Positions 1 to 12,188 are shown, counted from the first letter of the whole stretch. The stretch is DNA of 63,873 nucleotides, filler included, from Trichosphaerium sp. ATCC 40318 (GCA_038496445.1; 5 parts of 5 records of this genome joined end to end with filler, not necessarily neighbours in it); one strand, 5' to 3'. Made by a program: numbers and translations. The notes: generated by a model not told the origin, from the letters alone.

Positions 1-864
1 CTCTGGTCTTTTTGCGCTTTTGGGCTGAACCTTTTGATGACATGGCTGTTACGTTTTAGCTGGAAACTTTTTGACTATGCAGCTTATGACTAAGGTGGAC
101 TTTGTGACACAACGTAATGCTCATCAAAGGTACCTGTTGCGTTGTGGTGGCGCTATTGAGGCAATGCGCTCGTTCGTGTTTACCTTCAAGTGTATGTGCC
201 ATAAGATGATGAACCAATTGTACTCGCGTGAATGGGTCATGCTCTAAAAGGCATGACAACGCGCTTTTGTCGTTGTTTGCGTTTTAAATTGCTTTTGAAT
301 ATAAACAGCACACGTCGCTCTGTACGCAATAAAACTACGCGTGCAAGCTTTGTAGTGTCCCTTTAGCCTAAAACGCCGCGTACGGTCTCTTACCTAAAAC
401 CAACGCAAAGGAGCGTTGTATTGATGCGAAGGCTTTGTACACTTCAAGTTATAGCAATATTTCACGCGTGTAATGCTTTCCCACGTGTTTGTACTTATGG
501 TTTTAACCATTGTGTGTTTTTGGTAAGTAATGTTAATAAAGCTAAATATGAGTATTTGAATGTGTTGAGTGTTTATTGTATTATGCACTTTGTATTGACA
601 TTATTATCATACTTATAATGCCATTGTGTACATTGATGTACGTTTTAATTTGTTGCAAAGTTTATGTTGAGCAAGTGTAAGGTTGCAAATAATGTTTAAA
701 AAAGTTAATCTCTAATAAATAGATATTAACCTCATACAATTAATTTATTTCAATTAATTTTAAATGTATAGTATACATACATAGTATAAATAAATCACAA
801 ACGTATCAAACATAAACTTGCAATAAACTGTTGTCATAAAATAGAATTATAAAAGCATAAATCC

Positions 865-945
865 AACCCTAACCCTAATTCCCAATAGGGTTGTAAACCT
901 AACCCTAACCCTAGGCTATTGGACACAATGGAACCCTAACCCTAG
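865..945. repeat. Degenerate (CCCTAA)n tracts in an AT-rich repeat; similar to 59540-59597
   Basis: TAGGGTTGTAAACCTAACCCTAACCCTAG here versus TAGGGTTGTAACCCTAACCCTAACCCTAG near 59540. Confidence 0.7.
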
Positions 946-1215
946 TAAACAATAAATACAATTAGGGTTGTAATGTTAGAATTAAAGTTGTACTTACTTT
1001 ATTTTATTTTCAGTCAAGTCTTGTCAACTTAATTACAGCTAATGATTACAATTAGATTTCGTTGCTTTTATATTGATTCACTTGTCGCCAGGGATCCTGA
1101 CGGAGGCTCACATAAAGTCAACGCACTGTAAAACAGCGGCTGAGGCACATCAGACCATGCGATGTGCCTGCCCAGCTCGGATCGTGCACTAGTTGCGTAT
1201 GGTAGCGTTTCTAGT

Positions 1216-2465
1216 CTAAATATTGTTAAAAGTAAGATTTCCCCACTTTTTGGTGAAGAGGTTGTTGCGTTGTTTGTATACTTGGTGATGGCCTATTAGG
1301 GTTTTGAGTTGGAGATTTTTGAGGTGTTTGTGGGTGTGTTTAGCGTCGTATCTAGTGTATCAACAGGCATTTCAGTAGTAAAATAGAAATGGGTATTTTT
1401 AAGTAATCCACCCTGTTTTCCTATGGGAAAAGTAGACGGAAAAACTCTTCCTTAATTCCCATTGAATTTATATAAAATTCCGTAAGTATTACTCATAGAA
1501 TTCTTAGAGTATTACTTTTGGATTTGTGTATGTATTTTATATAGAATTCTCTATGTATTCTTTATAGCATTTCTTAATGTATTTTTTGTAGATTTCAATA
1601 AAAAATACTTTATAAATTACACAAAATATTATTCGATACTTTGGTTCAGATTTAATGCAAAGTCATTTTATTTATTGATCATTACAAAATACAAACATCC
1701 TAAATAATACGTACAAGTTAAATACATCGTGTCTTCATAAATGAAAGAAGTAATTTGATTGCATTTGGTTTTGAGAGCTTGAACAATAATTAATGCATTT
1801 GTAAACGCTAAATTAAGAATGCGTAGGGTTTTTTGATAAATTAAGTGGAAATAAGCTTTAAAAACAACGTACTTGAGTTAATGCTTTAAATACATTCTTT
1901 AATGGTGTAATAAGGCTGTTGCAATGCTTTAATCATCCTAAAACAGATAAGTAAGAGATATTTATGTTTAAGTGATTTTCCAAACCACCTAAAACGCGTT
2001 CTCCGTTACTTTTTGGATTAACGCACTTTAACCTGTATCATTGGCTTTTTCACCTTTAATAATAGCATGTGGATATTGTTCACTAGAAAAACCTATGTAC
2101 CTAAGGTGTTGATGGTTTTTTGCAAATATAAAACTAAACCCTAACCCTAACTTAATTTGTACTTTCAGAAACCTCAACCCTAGCCCTAACCCTAACCCTA
2201 ACTAAATTAGTACATTATTTGGTGGATTTTGTACAATAATTCTGAAAATTCTGTATTTAAGAGAATATTATGGTAATTTTATCAAAAATCCTGCCATAAA
2301 AAAAAATAAAAATAAGAATTCTTCACAAATTACCTTAAAAATCCCTAAAACAAAGGAATTTAGTGGGATTTATATCCAAAATCCCATTTTCATTTTACCA
2401 CTGTTACTGTGCTTTGCAGTATGTATGCGCCAATGTGAGCTTGGGTAAAGTGTGGAGATGGAATC
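1216..2465 (-). pseudogene. Degenerate ORF end, possibly the C-terminus of a LINE ORF2, split by element A1
   Basis: Removing 1373-2403 plus one TT copy joins one frame: IPSPHFTQAHIGAYILQSTVNAC*YTRYDAKH...LQLKTLIGHHQVYKQRNNLFTKKW. AC(W>*)YTR resembles the 'W..R' motif near L1/Tx1 ORF2 ends. Confidence 0.35.
1373..2403. mobile_element. Non-autonomous TIR element, family A copy 1 (1031 bp)
   Basis: Imperfect TIR CAGTAGTAAAATAGAAATGGG / CCCATTTTCATTTTACCACTG; TT on both flanks; near-identical copy at 28820-30890. Confidence 0.9.
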
Positions 2466-2476
2466 AAGTCTTTTAA

Positions 2477-2603
2477 TGGTAAAATGAAAACAGGATTTTG
2501 AATATAAATTCCACTAAATTCCTTTGTTTTAGGGATTTTTAAGGTAATTTGTGAAGAATTCTTATTTTTATTTTTTTTATTGGCAGGATTTTTGATAGAA
2601 TTA
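2477..2603 (-). mobile_element. Truncated, inverted right end of another family A copy
   Basis: Reverse complement of about 2275-2400 with several substitutions. Confidence 0.8.
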
Positions 2604-2619
2604 GGAGAGTTAGGGTTAT

Positions 2620-3557
2620 AATAAAAAAAGCCCTCTAGCTGAGTGGAAATATGGCTTCAAGCACCCCCCATGAAAATATAAAATATGTTTCTAGCCCTTA
2701 AATGGCTGTTGCAAGCCAAATATGGCATCAAAATTATCATAGGTATCCTCCATAATGAGATAGCATTTTCGGCAGCATTTTTACCACTTTTTGGCACTTT
2801 TTAGTGGCAAAATCACATTGGCCTAAGGATTGCTTACACAATGGCATTATAAAATCACCTATAACACCCCACAAAGCTTTTTTGTATGTGCTTATAATCT
2901 GACTACATGATGCAAGCAACGATTTGGTCATAGATGGTTATGGCTTTTGGTGATTCAAATGCGCGTTTATTGCTTATTTTTAAGCAACTTCTTTTTGCAT
3001 GAGGGCCCCCCTTGCCATATTGTCTCGTGATTGCGAAACCATGTTTTTAGTCACCAAATTTGCCATAGATTATGAATATGCAATCAAAATGGTGAGGCAG
3101 CATATATGCGATCCGAAATTTGCGAAATACATAAAGTCAGAGCCATTTTTTGGGTTTTCGGTCGCTCGCCACCATACACCACGTGATTTTTTATCCTATA
3201 TGACATAATTGTTATACATGCCTCATATAGTTGTATTTGGATAGCAACATGGTAAATGTAAATATTACCTACATGCCATTTTAGTTTTCCGTCATTTTTT
3301 GCCCAAAATGTTGCTTTGCACTTTGGATCGCGTATGGTGTATGGCGGCCATCTCAAAGTTGCGAAACTTGGTTTTCAATAAATTGATGTTTGTGCCATCA
3401 TGGGGATACCAAACATATTTCGTTCGGTGAATGAGATGGTGCTACCCACATTAATACTTTTTACTGAAAAGGGTTAGGGACTATGTGATTTTTATTCACC
3501 GAATATCGTCCTGTACGGGCCATCACAGGTAGGTGCAGAAATGCCGAAGGCATTTTT
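2620..3557 (+). mobile_element. Dispersed non-coding repeat ending in a hairpin plus T-run; possibly Helentron/HINE-like
   Basis: Colinear similarity blocks with 60350-60830; terminal hairpin AAATGCC-GAA-GGCATTT at about 3539-3555 abuts the truncated MiaB gene. Confidence 0.45.
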
Positions 3558-4130
3558 GTGAGACGCTCCCAATTTTTTGTTCGGCCTTGTCACGAATAGC
3601 ACACGTATTGAGCAATATCACGTCAGACTAACTAAGAATTAGTAATTCCATAAATATAATCAACTTGACACGATATTATCATACTTCTAAAGGATCATCT
3701 GAACGTTTGTAACCTTCCTGTTGCATAATTGCTAAAACAATTTCGGCGTCATTTGTGTTCATTTGACATCCATAACTTTCAATGTATACTGTTTGATCGA
3801 GGCCTTGCATTCTAGATAAGTATGGAGCAACATCTGGCTCTTGGTCAACTTCATGTGCCGAATCTAAACAAGAAATATTACTACGCTTTTACAAGTACGT
3901 ACTAGCGCCCTAACTAACCCTCTTGTATGAAATCACCCACGTAGGTCCTTTTAGCACTTTTTCTTAAATTCGGGTGATGCTGTTTGCGAACCGCCTAGCG
4001 AGCTCAGAACCTTTCATTACCCTTGCTGTACGCTTAGCCAACACTCGAGGGTGTTGTGACTTTACACCAAACCATCGACAAGAAATGACTTATTTACCAG
4101 CTCTTTACTTGTTGAGTGCTAAAATCGCGA
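3558..4130 (-). CDS. CDK5RAP1: MiaB/CDK5RAP1-type tRNA methylthiotransferase, 5' part only; intron-containing, with 1-nt deletions; 5' end approximate
   Basis: Spliced translation gives [18 protein letters not shown]...[19 protein letters not shown], the UPF0004 N-terminal motifs. Confidence 0.85.
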
Positions 4131-4330
4131 TTTTACGCGTGTTATTGCGTATTTTGACTGAAACGCGGAAAACACTCGTCACAATGTTATTTGACGTAGT
4201 GCTGACACGACATTAAATGTAAATAACAAAAAACACGAAGAGAAACTATTGAAAATGACTAAAAATTTATTTTTGGGGTTTTTTTTACAAATTGCTAACA
4301 AGATAGATTGGTAGCGCTTGTGAGCAACAA

Positions 4331-7300
4331 TTACAAGAAGAACATAGAGTTGCTTTCCAAACAAGCGTTGATTTTTGGATCATGACTTTGAGTTCACCAC
4401 GAGTATGCCAACTATAATCCATAAGTATCAAAAATATTTGTTGTTTCTAAAGGCTTACCTTATGCGCGCATTGGGTTGGAGCTGGGAGTTTTACAGAGTC
4501 AGACCAATTTGGATAATGTAACACATGTGATAGGTCAATCTTTGGATATCTTTCAGGTCGATGCCCTTAGATGTCAAGAGAACATATCTGACAGGTTTTA
4601 CCTAGAATAAATGTTTAATTAATTTTGGTTTTGATTTTGGCGAAAGATTTGATGACGTACAGTGCTCAAGTTGGTTGAAGTAGGGATGAGTAAAAGTCCT
4701 TCCATGTCATGCCAGTTGGAAACATAGACTTGACATTTTGCACTAAAAGTCCTTTGTGGATTCATGTATGTGGCGCCAGCGCTTGTGCGTTTTCGGAATA
4801 GGACCTTAGAGTGAATACGTTTCTGGATTGTCATGTACACCACGTTGGTGTCTTTTGGAACGACTTGAGTGACCTGAGTGACCTCTTTGTTCTTTACTGC
4901 AGTCAACATAGATTCACCAACACCATCTCTGAAAACGAAGCAATAATCAAGTTTTTTAATGCCCTTAGTAATGCGTTGAACAAACTACATTGTTATTAAT
5001 TAGTACCAAATCAAAGAAATAACTCAAAGTACCTTCTTTAACTCCTCTTTTTCTGTGATTTCAGGCGATTCGAGCTCATCGGCTACATCGTCACCACGAT
5101 CTCTGTTGGTGGTGGTTTCTTTTCTAATTATCTCCTTTCTTGCCTAAATCAGACGTTAATAAAAAAACAATAAACCAAAAAAATAAAACTTACCAATTTT
5201 GGCACAATCATGGATGATGTGGTCCATTTGCCATCAGGAGTTACGAGAACGGATACGAAGGCACCGATGGACCTACGTTGGTAGTAACCCTCTCTAAAGT
5301 AACGCTTTGGAGCGTGATAGACATCAATACCGATCATGAGTACTGTTTTTCCTTTAAGGATTGGTGCTGCACGAGCAATGTCAATGTCCCAACACAAATA
5401 GTCGTATTTGTTTACGATCTGGGCAGCGATTTTAAATACAATATTCTCGTATTGTCGTGAGCGTTGTTGCTCAGATTTACGACTTTACAAAAAGTTAGAA
5501 AAGTGCAAGTTTACAACAAAAACTAGTGCAATGTTCAGCGTACGTCAATTTTACCACCTGTGAGGTGTAACCCTGTTGGAAACAGAACGTCTTGAAACGA
5601 TTGTATTGATCAGCTCCTTCGCCAAGGAAAGCAATGATGAGAGTGGTAGTAGGAACAGGTTTGTAATTTTTCTTTCTCCATAAATTCATCAAGGATTTTT
5701 CAGGACTCGAATTACGAGGTACAGGAACCTCAATAGCCTTTTTCAATATTATAGGCGACGCGAAGTTGCGCATGTTCTTACAAAATGCTGTTAATAGTCG
5801 AAATCTTGGGCACAATAAACAAAACTAAGAAAACGGACCTTGTAGATCTCATCGATGTAATCTTGTGCAGCATCACGATCCCAGTTTGTACTTGCATAAG
5901 TCACCCACACAGTAAGTTCCTTACGACCGCTTGTAGGCGAGTGGAATTTGAGGTTAGACTTCATGTCACGACCCCAATCGTTATCAGCCAAGAAACTGTT
6001 AAATCTCTTGTTCGCAATTGGAAATCGAATTACAGGAGGTGAAAACAACAAAGGTCTTGTGACCTTGGTGCCATCTGATTGAATTTTAATGTATTGAGCG
6101 AACTACGAGACATTGTTAGTTGTACAAAAACAAACAAAAGATCAAAACGTACACGCTTGTTGGTACTCAAAATGTTACAAAACTTTTTCATGCGTGTTAT
6201 ACGATCTGGTGGCTTTACACCACATATTTTAGGCAACTCACGTCTTGCAGATGCAGGGCTAGGGAAAAGGGGTCAGAAAGCGTTTAATCGATGGAAAATA
6301 GCTGTACGCACATATCAGTCAATAGACATAAACTTGGGATAAGACGGATTTCTTGACGTCTAGACATACGACTAACCAATAAAGGCTGCTTGGTATCCCG
6401 AATGGTCACCTTGTGCTGATTTCTATAATAATCATAGTATGAAATTACATTACTATCACGCCCTTAGGAACTTGTCAGAGAAAGAAGGTTGCGAATTAAT
6501 ACGTACCGCGACCACCACCACGGTCAAATGTATCCATTGGTGTCTGACCCCAATCGATAGCTTCAATTGTGTACGTGCGGTTATTATACCTAACAGCAAG
6601 TTATAATCGGTCATTGAAAAAAAAACAATTGAAAAAAAAATTGAACAAACTTGATAGATTACATTCAAAATTCACTTTGCTTTAAGAGTCCAACGTACTT
6701 CGTGTAGACCTTTTTGTCCATGAGCTCATGCTCTACTTGCTCTCTCGATTGCCCATTATCCATTTCAATATCGATAAAGTCTAGCACGGTGTTTGTACTA
6801 CGCACTTTAGACGTGGTATCGATATTGATGACAAGGGATGGAATAAGTTTTCCATCAGGAGATGTCAAGTTCTTCCAACACAAATCAGTGTGAAACCCAG
6901 GGTAAATCTCCACGCCTCTAGGGCCATCAATTTGCTGAGTCTATACGAACAGTAAATCACAAAACCAATTTGAAATATTTAATTTCGTACCATACAGAGA
7001 TTTCTACCAATCATAATTAAACCGCGTTTTTCGTCATTTATGGCTTCAGTTGTCATCTACACAATAGCGTTAGCGTTTACATCAGTATTTACAAAAAAAA
7101 AAAATTGACAGATTGATTTGTAATATACCTGCTTTATGATGGCATTCAAAAAGTTCTCAGCAAGCTTTCTTTGACCAGGCTTTGGTGACATCGCTATGCG
7201 TCTGCAACTCTTGATTGAAAACATGTACTTTTGATCAATTCCCTTCAAGCGATACGCTTGAGGCGGAGGTAACTTGTTCGGTAAAATACGAGGTAATGGT

Positions 7301-8084
7301 TTCCACGTGTAAATTGTGGTGCCATTAAAGTAATAGCCACCTGAAAGTTCAGTTAGGGTTGACCAAAACCAAAAAAGCTTGTACCTTTTTGCTTTATCCC
7401 TTCGCGTTCCTTGGGCGAGTAAAAGTTTTGAAAGAACATCTCCACCAAAGTAAACATGTCCTTTTGAAAACCTTCTCCGACAACCTAAAGCAACTTGTTA
7501 CTCTTGCAAATGATTGCAACATAAAAAGTTTTCGTTCAGAAGGGCTCGCAAAGGCCGGACGTTCAGAAAGGCTGAATGCATTCAGAACGTTAAAGGTTTA
7601 GAAGGTTTTTTTTTGGATACAAATCAAATAAAAAATAAAAAAATGCGCGTACAGAGATATCAGGCGAGTACTCGAAAAAAAAGCGATCCTTCGCTGCAAT
7701 AGATACAGTGAAGTAATTCATCATCAATTCTCCCGCTAAACAGATTGAAAATTAATAATCAATATTAATTGATAGATTTTCCAAAACACAAGTTACGATA
7801 CGCACCTTTGAGGTCCTGAGGTGTTGCTGTCATTTGCACTTGAATACGTTAGCGAAACAAATCAAAAGTGTACAAAACGAACCTCTTCCACCTCTACCGC
7901 CACCACGGCCACCGTAGCTGCCTCTGCCGCCGCCTCGACCTCCTCTACCGCCTCTGCCGCCGCTACGACCACCCCCGCCGCTGTAACCGCCTCTGCTGCC
8001 ACCACGACTTCCTCCTCGGCCACCGCGACCTCCTCTGCCGCCTCTGCCTCTACCGCCACCGCGTGAACGACCTCTTGAACTCAT
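4331..8084 (-). CDS. PIWI-clade Argonaute (RGG N-terminus, PAZ, MID, PIWI), multi-exon
   Basis: RGG tract 7870-8084; EIYPGF..LVINIDTTSKV; KIAAQIVNKYDYLCWDI; GIDVYH, RKEII, FRDGVG, QKRIH, STVKPVRY, YPNW..VKLPAPTQCAHKLA; ends MFFL*. Confidence 0.95.
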
Positions 8085-8462
8085 CTAAGGCTGTTGTTTT
8101 GCTGTTGTTGTTATACGTGTTGAGTATTTTGTAAAATGCTCTCTGAGTGATTACACGTTTTTTTGGACAACTCAATTTATTGGGCTTGACCTTTCTTTTA
8201 CGCAAAAAAATAGCGCTAAATTACATGCTAACACGTGACATGTATGAGCTGTTCACTAACTATTTATTTATTTTTTTGTACATAGAACTACACTGCCCAA
8301 CGAATGAGCACAAAAAACGGTTATTGTGAAATAATGCTTTCACTCAACTATTTTTTTTTTTCAATCAACTACAACCTTGCGTCATTAACAACGAGTGTGG
8401 AGGTGTTGTGTTTTGCTGGTTTTGTTTGTCTCTGAGAGATTATGTGAATATAAACCTCGAAT

Positions 8463-8971
8463 TCAATCCATTGTGTTTAATCGCACTCGCCGTATCGCAT
8501 TTGGCCTATCTCGGCGTTTATGAGGCGAAAGCCTGCGTTTGGTAACGCGCCCATCTGAAACTTTTGCACGTTTATTCTTCACTGATAGACTTTTCATCGC
8601 CTTACGAAGAGGTTTAGTTCTATCGTACACGGCTCCAACTCGCCAAAAGGTGCTTGCCATTATATCTAGAATTACAGTCACGCTTTTTTTTTGTGTGCAC
8701 TGCACGTACCGCTTATTGTGGCATACACATATAATTTTTGGGGTTTAAATTCATACTGTGATGCGCTTGTTAATGAATTTAGATCAAGGGCACCTTGAAG
8801 GAGTGTTAAATTTTCTCCATAAAACAAAAAAAAAGTGTGAATACAATTGTTGGAAATAACCGTACCTGAAGGCTTTATTTTGACAAGGTAGTGAAGACAT
8901 CTGTCATGTGGCTTTAATAACGTCCGTAATTCGCATACTGTGCTAACATCGTTTTTATCAAATACATGCAT
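8463..8971 (-). CDS. Hypothetical spliced protein with a basic C-terminus
   Basis: Two overlapping ORFs separated by GTACG-type intron signals; no recognised motif. Confidence 0.3.
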
Positions 8972-9416
8972 GTTATTAGCGCCGTTGTTGATGGTGGCGA
9001 TGGCAAATCTTTTGAAGGTTAGTCTTGCGGTATTTTTCTTTTTTGAACGGTTTCTGGAGTTAAACGCACTGATATTCTGTTAAGCTTTGTAATATTATCT
9101 GAGCGTTCATTCTTGGAGTAGGGAGTGCAGTGTGAATTAATATGGTGACCCACCACGAAAGTTCAGCCCATTTTTTTGTCTGTCCTGCCTTTTTTTTTTG
9201 TTTTGAAGTTCTGTCTGTACCCAACGTACACTAACTCACATTCGTATAAGAAATCTTAAAAGTACGCGACCTAACGTCTGTTTGATGTTTTTACGCTACA
9301 AAAGCTAGCTTTAAGGTTACGAGGTTCAAATAATACGCGTATAGCGCTTATATAACAAAAAACCTCGTGAACTGGTAAAAGAGTCTCGTATCTTACTCCT
9401 CGTAGTTCTAGCACAT

Positions 9417-10437
9417 ATGTGGCGCTTAACATTGATATTTGTTTGCACTTTGGCAGTACTATCTGTTTTGCAGGCTCAAGACACAACTCCACCACCAACG
9501 CAACCTACCACAGAGTCACCCACGGCCACTACAGGTAACCTATTTTCGTTGTGCAGGAAAAGTGACAGCGTTTGATAGATCCTCCAACATCCTTACCAAC
9601 AAGTATTGCACCAACAACTACAACACCAACGGCAGCACCAACAACAGTAGCGCCAACTGCGGAACCTACTGGCGCGCCAACAACAATGGTGCCAACAACA
9701 ATTACTCCAACAACAGTGGCGCCAACTGCAGAACTTACCAGCCCGCCAACAACAGTACCTCCAACTGCAGAACCTACTAGTAGTCCTCCAACACCTGCTC
9801 CCACGACGCCTGCTCCAACACAAGAACCAACGGCAGAACCTACAACTGAGCCTACGTTAGCTCCAAGCGATGCTATTACTGTAGCACCCACTACAGCAAC
9901 ACCTAGTGTTGCTCCTTCTAAAGAACCTATGTCCCCCACTGGACCATCTGTGCAACCTAATGCTACTACTACAGCGCCTACTACCGGTGCACCAACGAAT
10001 GCTACAGATGCGCCCGTTCAGCCTACTCAAGCTCCTAATGTAGCACCTGTAGTACAACCCTCTACAAATCCTGCTATCGCTCCAAATGCGCCGACGAATG
10101 TACCTAGTGCACCAGCAGTAGTAACAGAATCTGCTCGTCTAGGTACGCTTAAAATAACAGCAACCTAAAATAGCTAAGTTTACCAACAAAAATAGAGGAG
10201 TTTTATGTAGCGGCTGCACTGGGAGCGTTTATTATACTAGGTGCTGGAATAGTTCTTAGCATTATCGTGTTCAGGTACCTATATTTAATTGCCTTTCCAC
10301 ACGTGTCACTAACCGAAAATAGGCGCTGTTCTAAGGCGAAGAACAACTCGCGAATAGATACCTACCTTGAGGGCAACCTCTTGTACAACGAAACGGCAGA
10401 TGAACACGACGGCGAAGTTATTTTTGAACTAAACTAA
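9417..10437 (+). CDS. Mucin-like Pro/Thr-rich type I membrane protein (4 exons)
   Basis: Signal peptide MWRLTLIFVCTLAVLSVLQA; T-x-A-P-T repeats; TM FYVAAALGAFIILGAGIVLSIIVF; short tail. Confidence 0.85.
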
Positions 10438-11522
10438 ATACAAGAAAAACGTACCACCTAGTCGTTTTGCTGTAACAACACTCCTGATGGGAAATCAATC
10501 GTTACGTATTGATAATGTAACCATAAAAACCACTCGATTACCTATCGATAAACAGAAAACAGCTCAGTGAACTTATCAATCTCAAGATGCTTTCTTTTTA
10601 GTAGTCGAGACGTTTTGTAGCGAAGTACATAGCGTGAACAGCAATAATACTACAAAAATTAATTTGCAAAGTACGTCAAACTAAGCTGCTAAACTAAGCC
10701 CAGTTCATTGGGAGTGGTACCAAGAAGTGGCGTATGGTCCCCGCGGCAACTTGTGAAAAGCTTAAAGGTAGGCACTTGCCTTTTTGGAAGCGCTGAACTA
10801 ATTGCGTTAGTGTGTATGTTGCACTCATTTAGCGAGCCTGAGAGGGTTTAGAAGAGCTCTTATACAAAAATACCATCGAAAAAATTAGACAAAACTGCAT
10901 TGCTACACCACTCGCAAACCAATCGACGCGATCTAATTGGTGGACTACGATAACTTTTCGCGCTTTACAACCAGTTACTATTTATAATAGTTTAGCTGGT
11001 TAAAACGCAACGATTTGGTTGCTTTCTACAGCAATCCTTGAGGTGGTCCCACTTTAGGAAGAGCGCGAAAGGGTCTCGTTGTCGTGAAGTCTTCAGTTTG
11101 TAAAACAGCGAAATGAACTAGAACGAATGAACAAAACTTTTTCACTCGCCACACAACACCTGTAAAGAAGAACGCGAAACTACGCTCGAAAGTAAACGGA
11201 GATGTGTCCTCATTAACCCCCGAAAAGCAACTCGTACAAACAAAAGTTACGGCTTGGTTTGTGGAATAAAATTTTAAACGAAGTCAAACCCAAAAAAGAG
11301 TGCAGACCGCATTTTTTATGCGCTTTACCGATCCAAGGTGGTGCAAATAAGCTCTTGCAGTTTCTGTATTCTCGAGAATTTCACGGGCAAATCCTTTGCG
11401 GCCCAAAATTTGCCCATTTTAGTGTTAATCCCAAAGAGAACGCGGCAAATAAACGACCGAAACTTTTTGTTAGTTTCCTTTGGTCCCGTCAGTAATCACT
11501 TATACCAAACAACGAAACAGCA

Positions 11523-11941
11523 ATGGATCTACAATTCGAAATGGAGTGGGGAGAACCTGTGGGCGTTGGCGTTGAAGCCTCAAGCTCTGCGAAGCGTAAG
11601 GACGACTCTGAAACCACTTCTGCCGCTAGCCAAACAGATCAGTCACAAAACAAAACTAAACAGCAAGAGTTAAACGAACTGAGCTCCCCGCCTATACCAA
11701 TACCTGGCAAGTTCTCAAACTCTAGCGCGTCTACACAAGCTTTGTCGCCTAAAAATCAGGTACGGCGTTGAGAAAAAGCAAAAAAAAAAAAAAAAACTGT
11801 AATGTATTTTAACTAACCAACGTTTAGTTTATCCCACCACACGAAATGGTAGCACACTCAGCGCTTACGCAATACCGGATAGAAGAATTTCGAAAACACC
11901 ACAAGCCAATTTTTCGCCCTACTCGTGGCGCTACCGTGTAA
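11523..11941 (+). CDS. Small Ser-rich protein with SxPIPIP and FIPPHE motifs (S40/DUF584-like); mirror copy at 13127-13545
   Basis: One GTACGG...TTTAG intron joins SPKNQ to FIPPHEMVAHS. Confidence 0.6.
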
Positions 11942-12188
11942 TAACAAAAAAGAGAAACTGAACGCCAACGAAAAAAGGAAAAAAGAAAAGAAAAACAAAA
12001 AAAAAACCCCTTGTACACTACTGAAACAAATAATGAAAACATAGTAATAATAATACAATTTAAAAGGAGCTCTTCGTGGGCTTTTGTAAAAAATCAGTCT
12101 TGGTTTTAACGAGTTAAAAGTGAAAAAAAAAACGTAAAGAAGCACACATTTTTTCAATCAGATTGTATTTTTTTGTTCATTTTTTTTT

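Noticed and set aside
865-945. True telomere or chromosome end
   Set aside because: Tracts are short, degenerate, in both orientations and internal to dispersed repeats
1095-1125. Hammerhead ribozyme core (CTGACGGA)
   Set aside because: Does not match CUGANGA and lacks a correctly placed GAAA
3560-4760. Insertional RNA editing or programmed frameshifting of Argonaute and MiaB
   Set aside because: The missing bases are of mixed identity and always adjoin an identical base; sequencing error is simpler
7821-8134. Ala/Thr/Ser-rich and Arg/Leu-rich ORFs, and similar ORFs at 9529-9939, 15127-15510 and 36819-37575
   Set aside because: Antisense or alternate-frame shadows of low-complexity coding repeats
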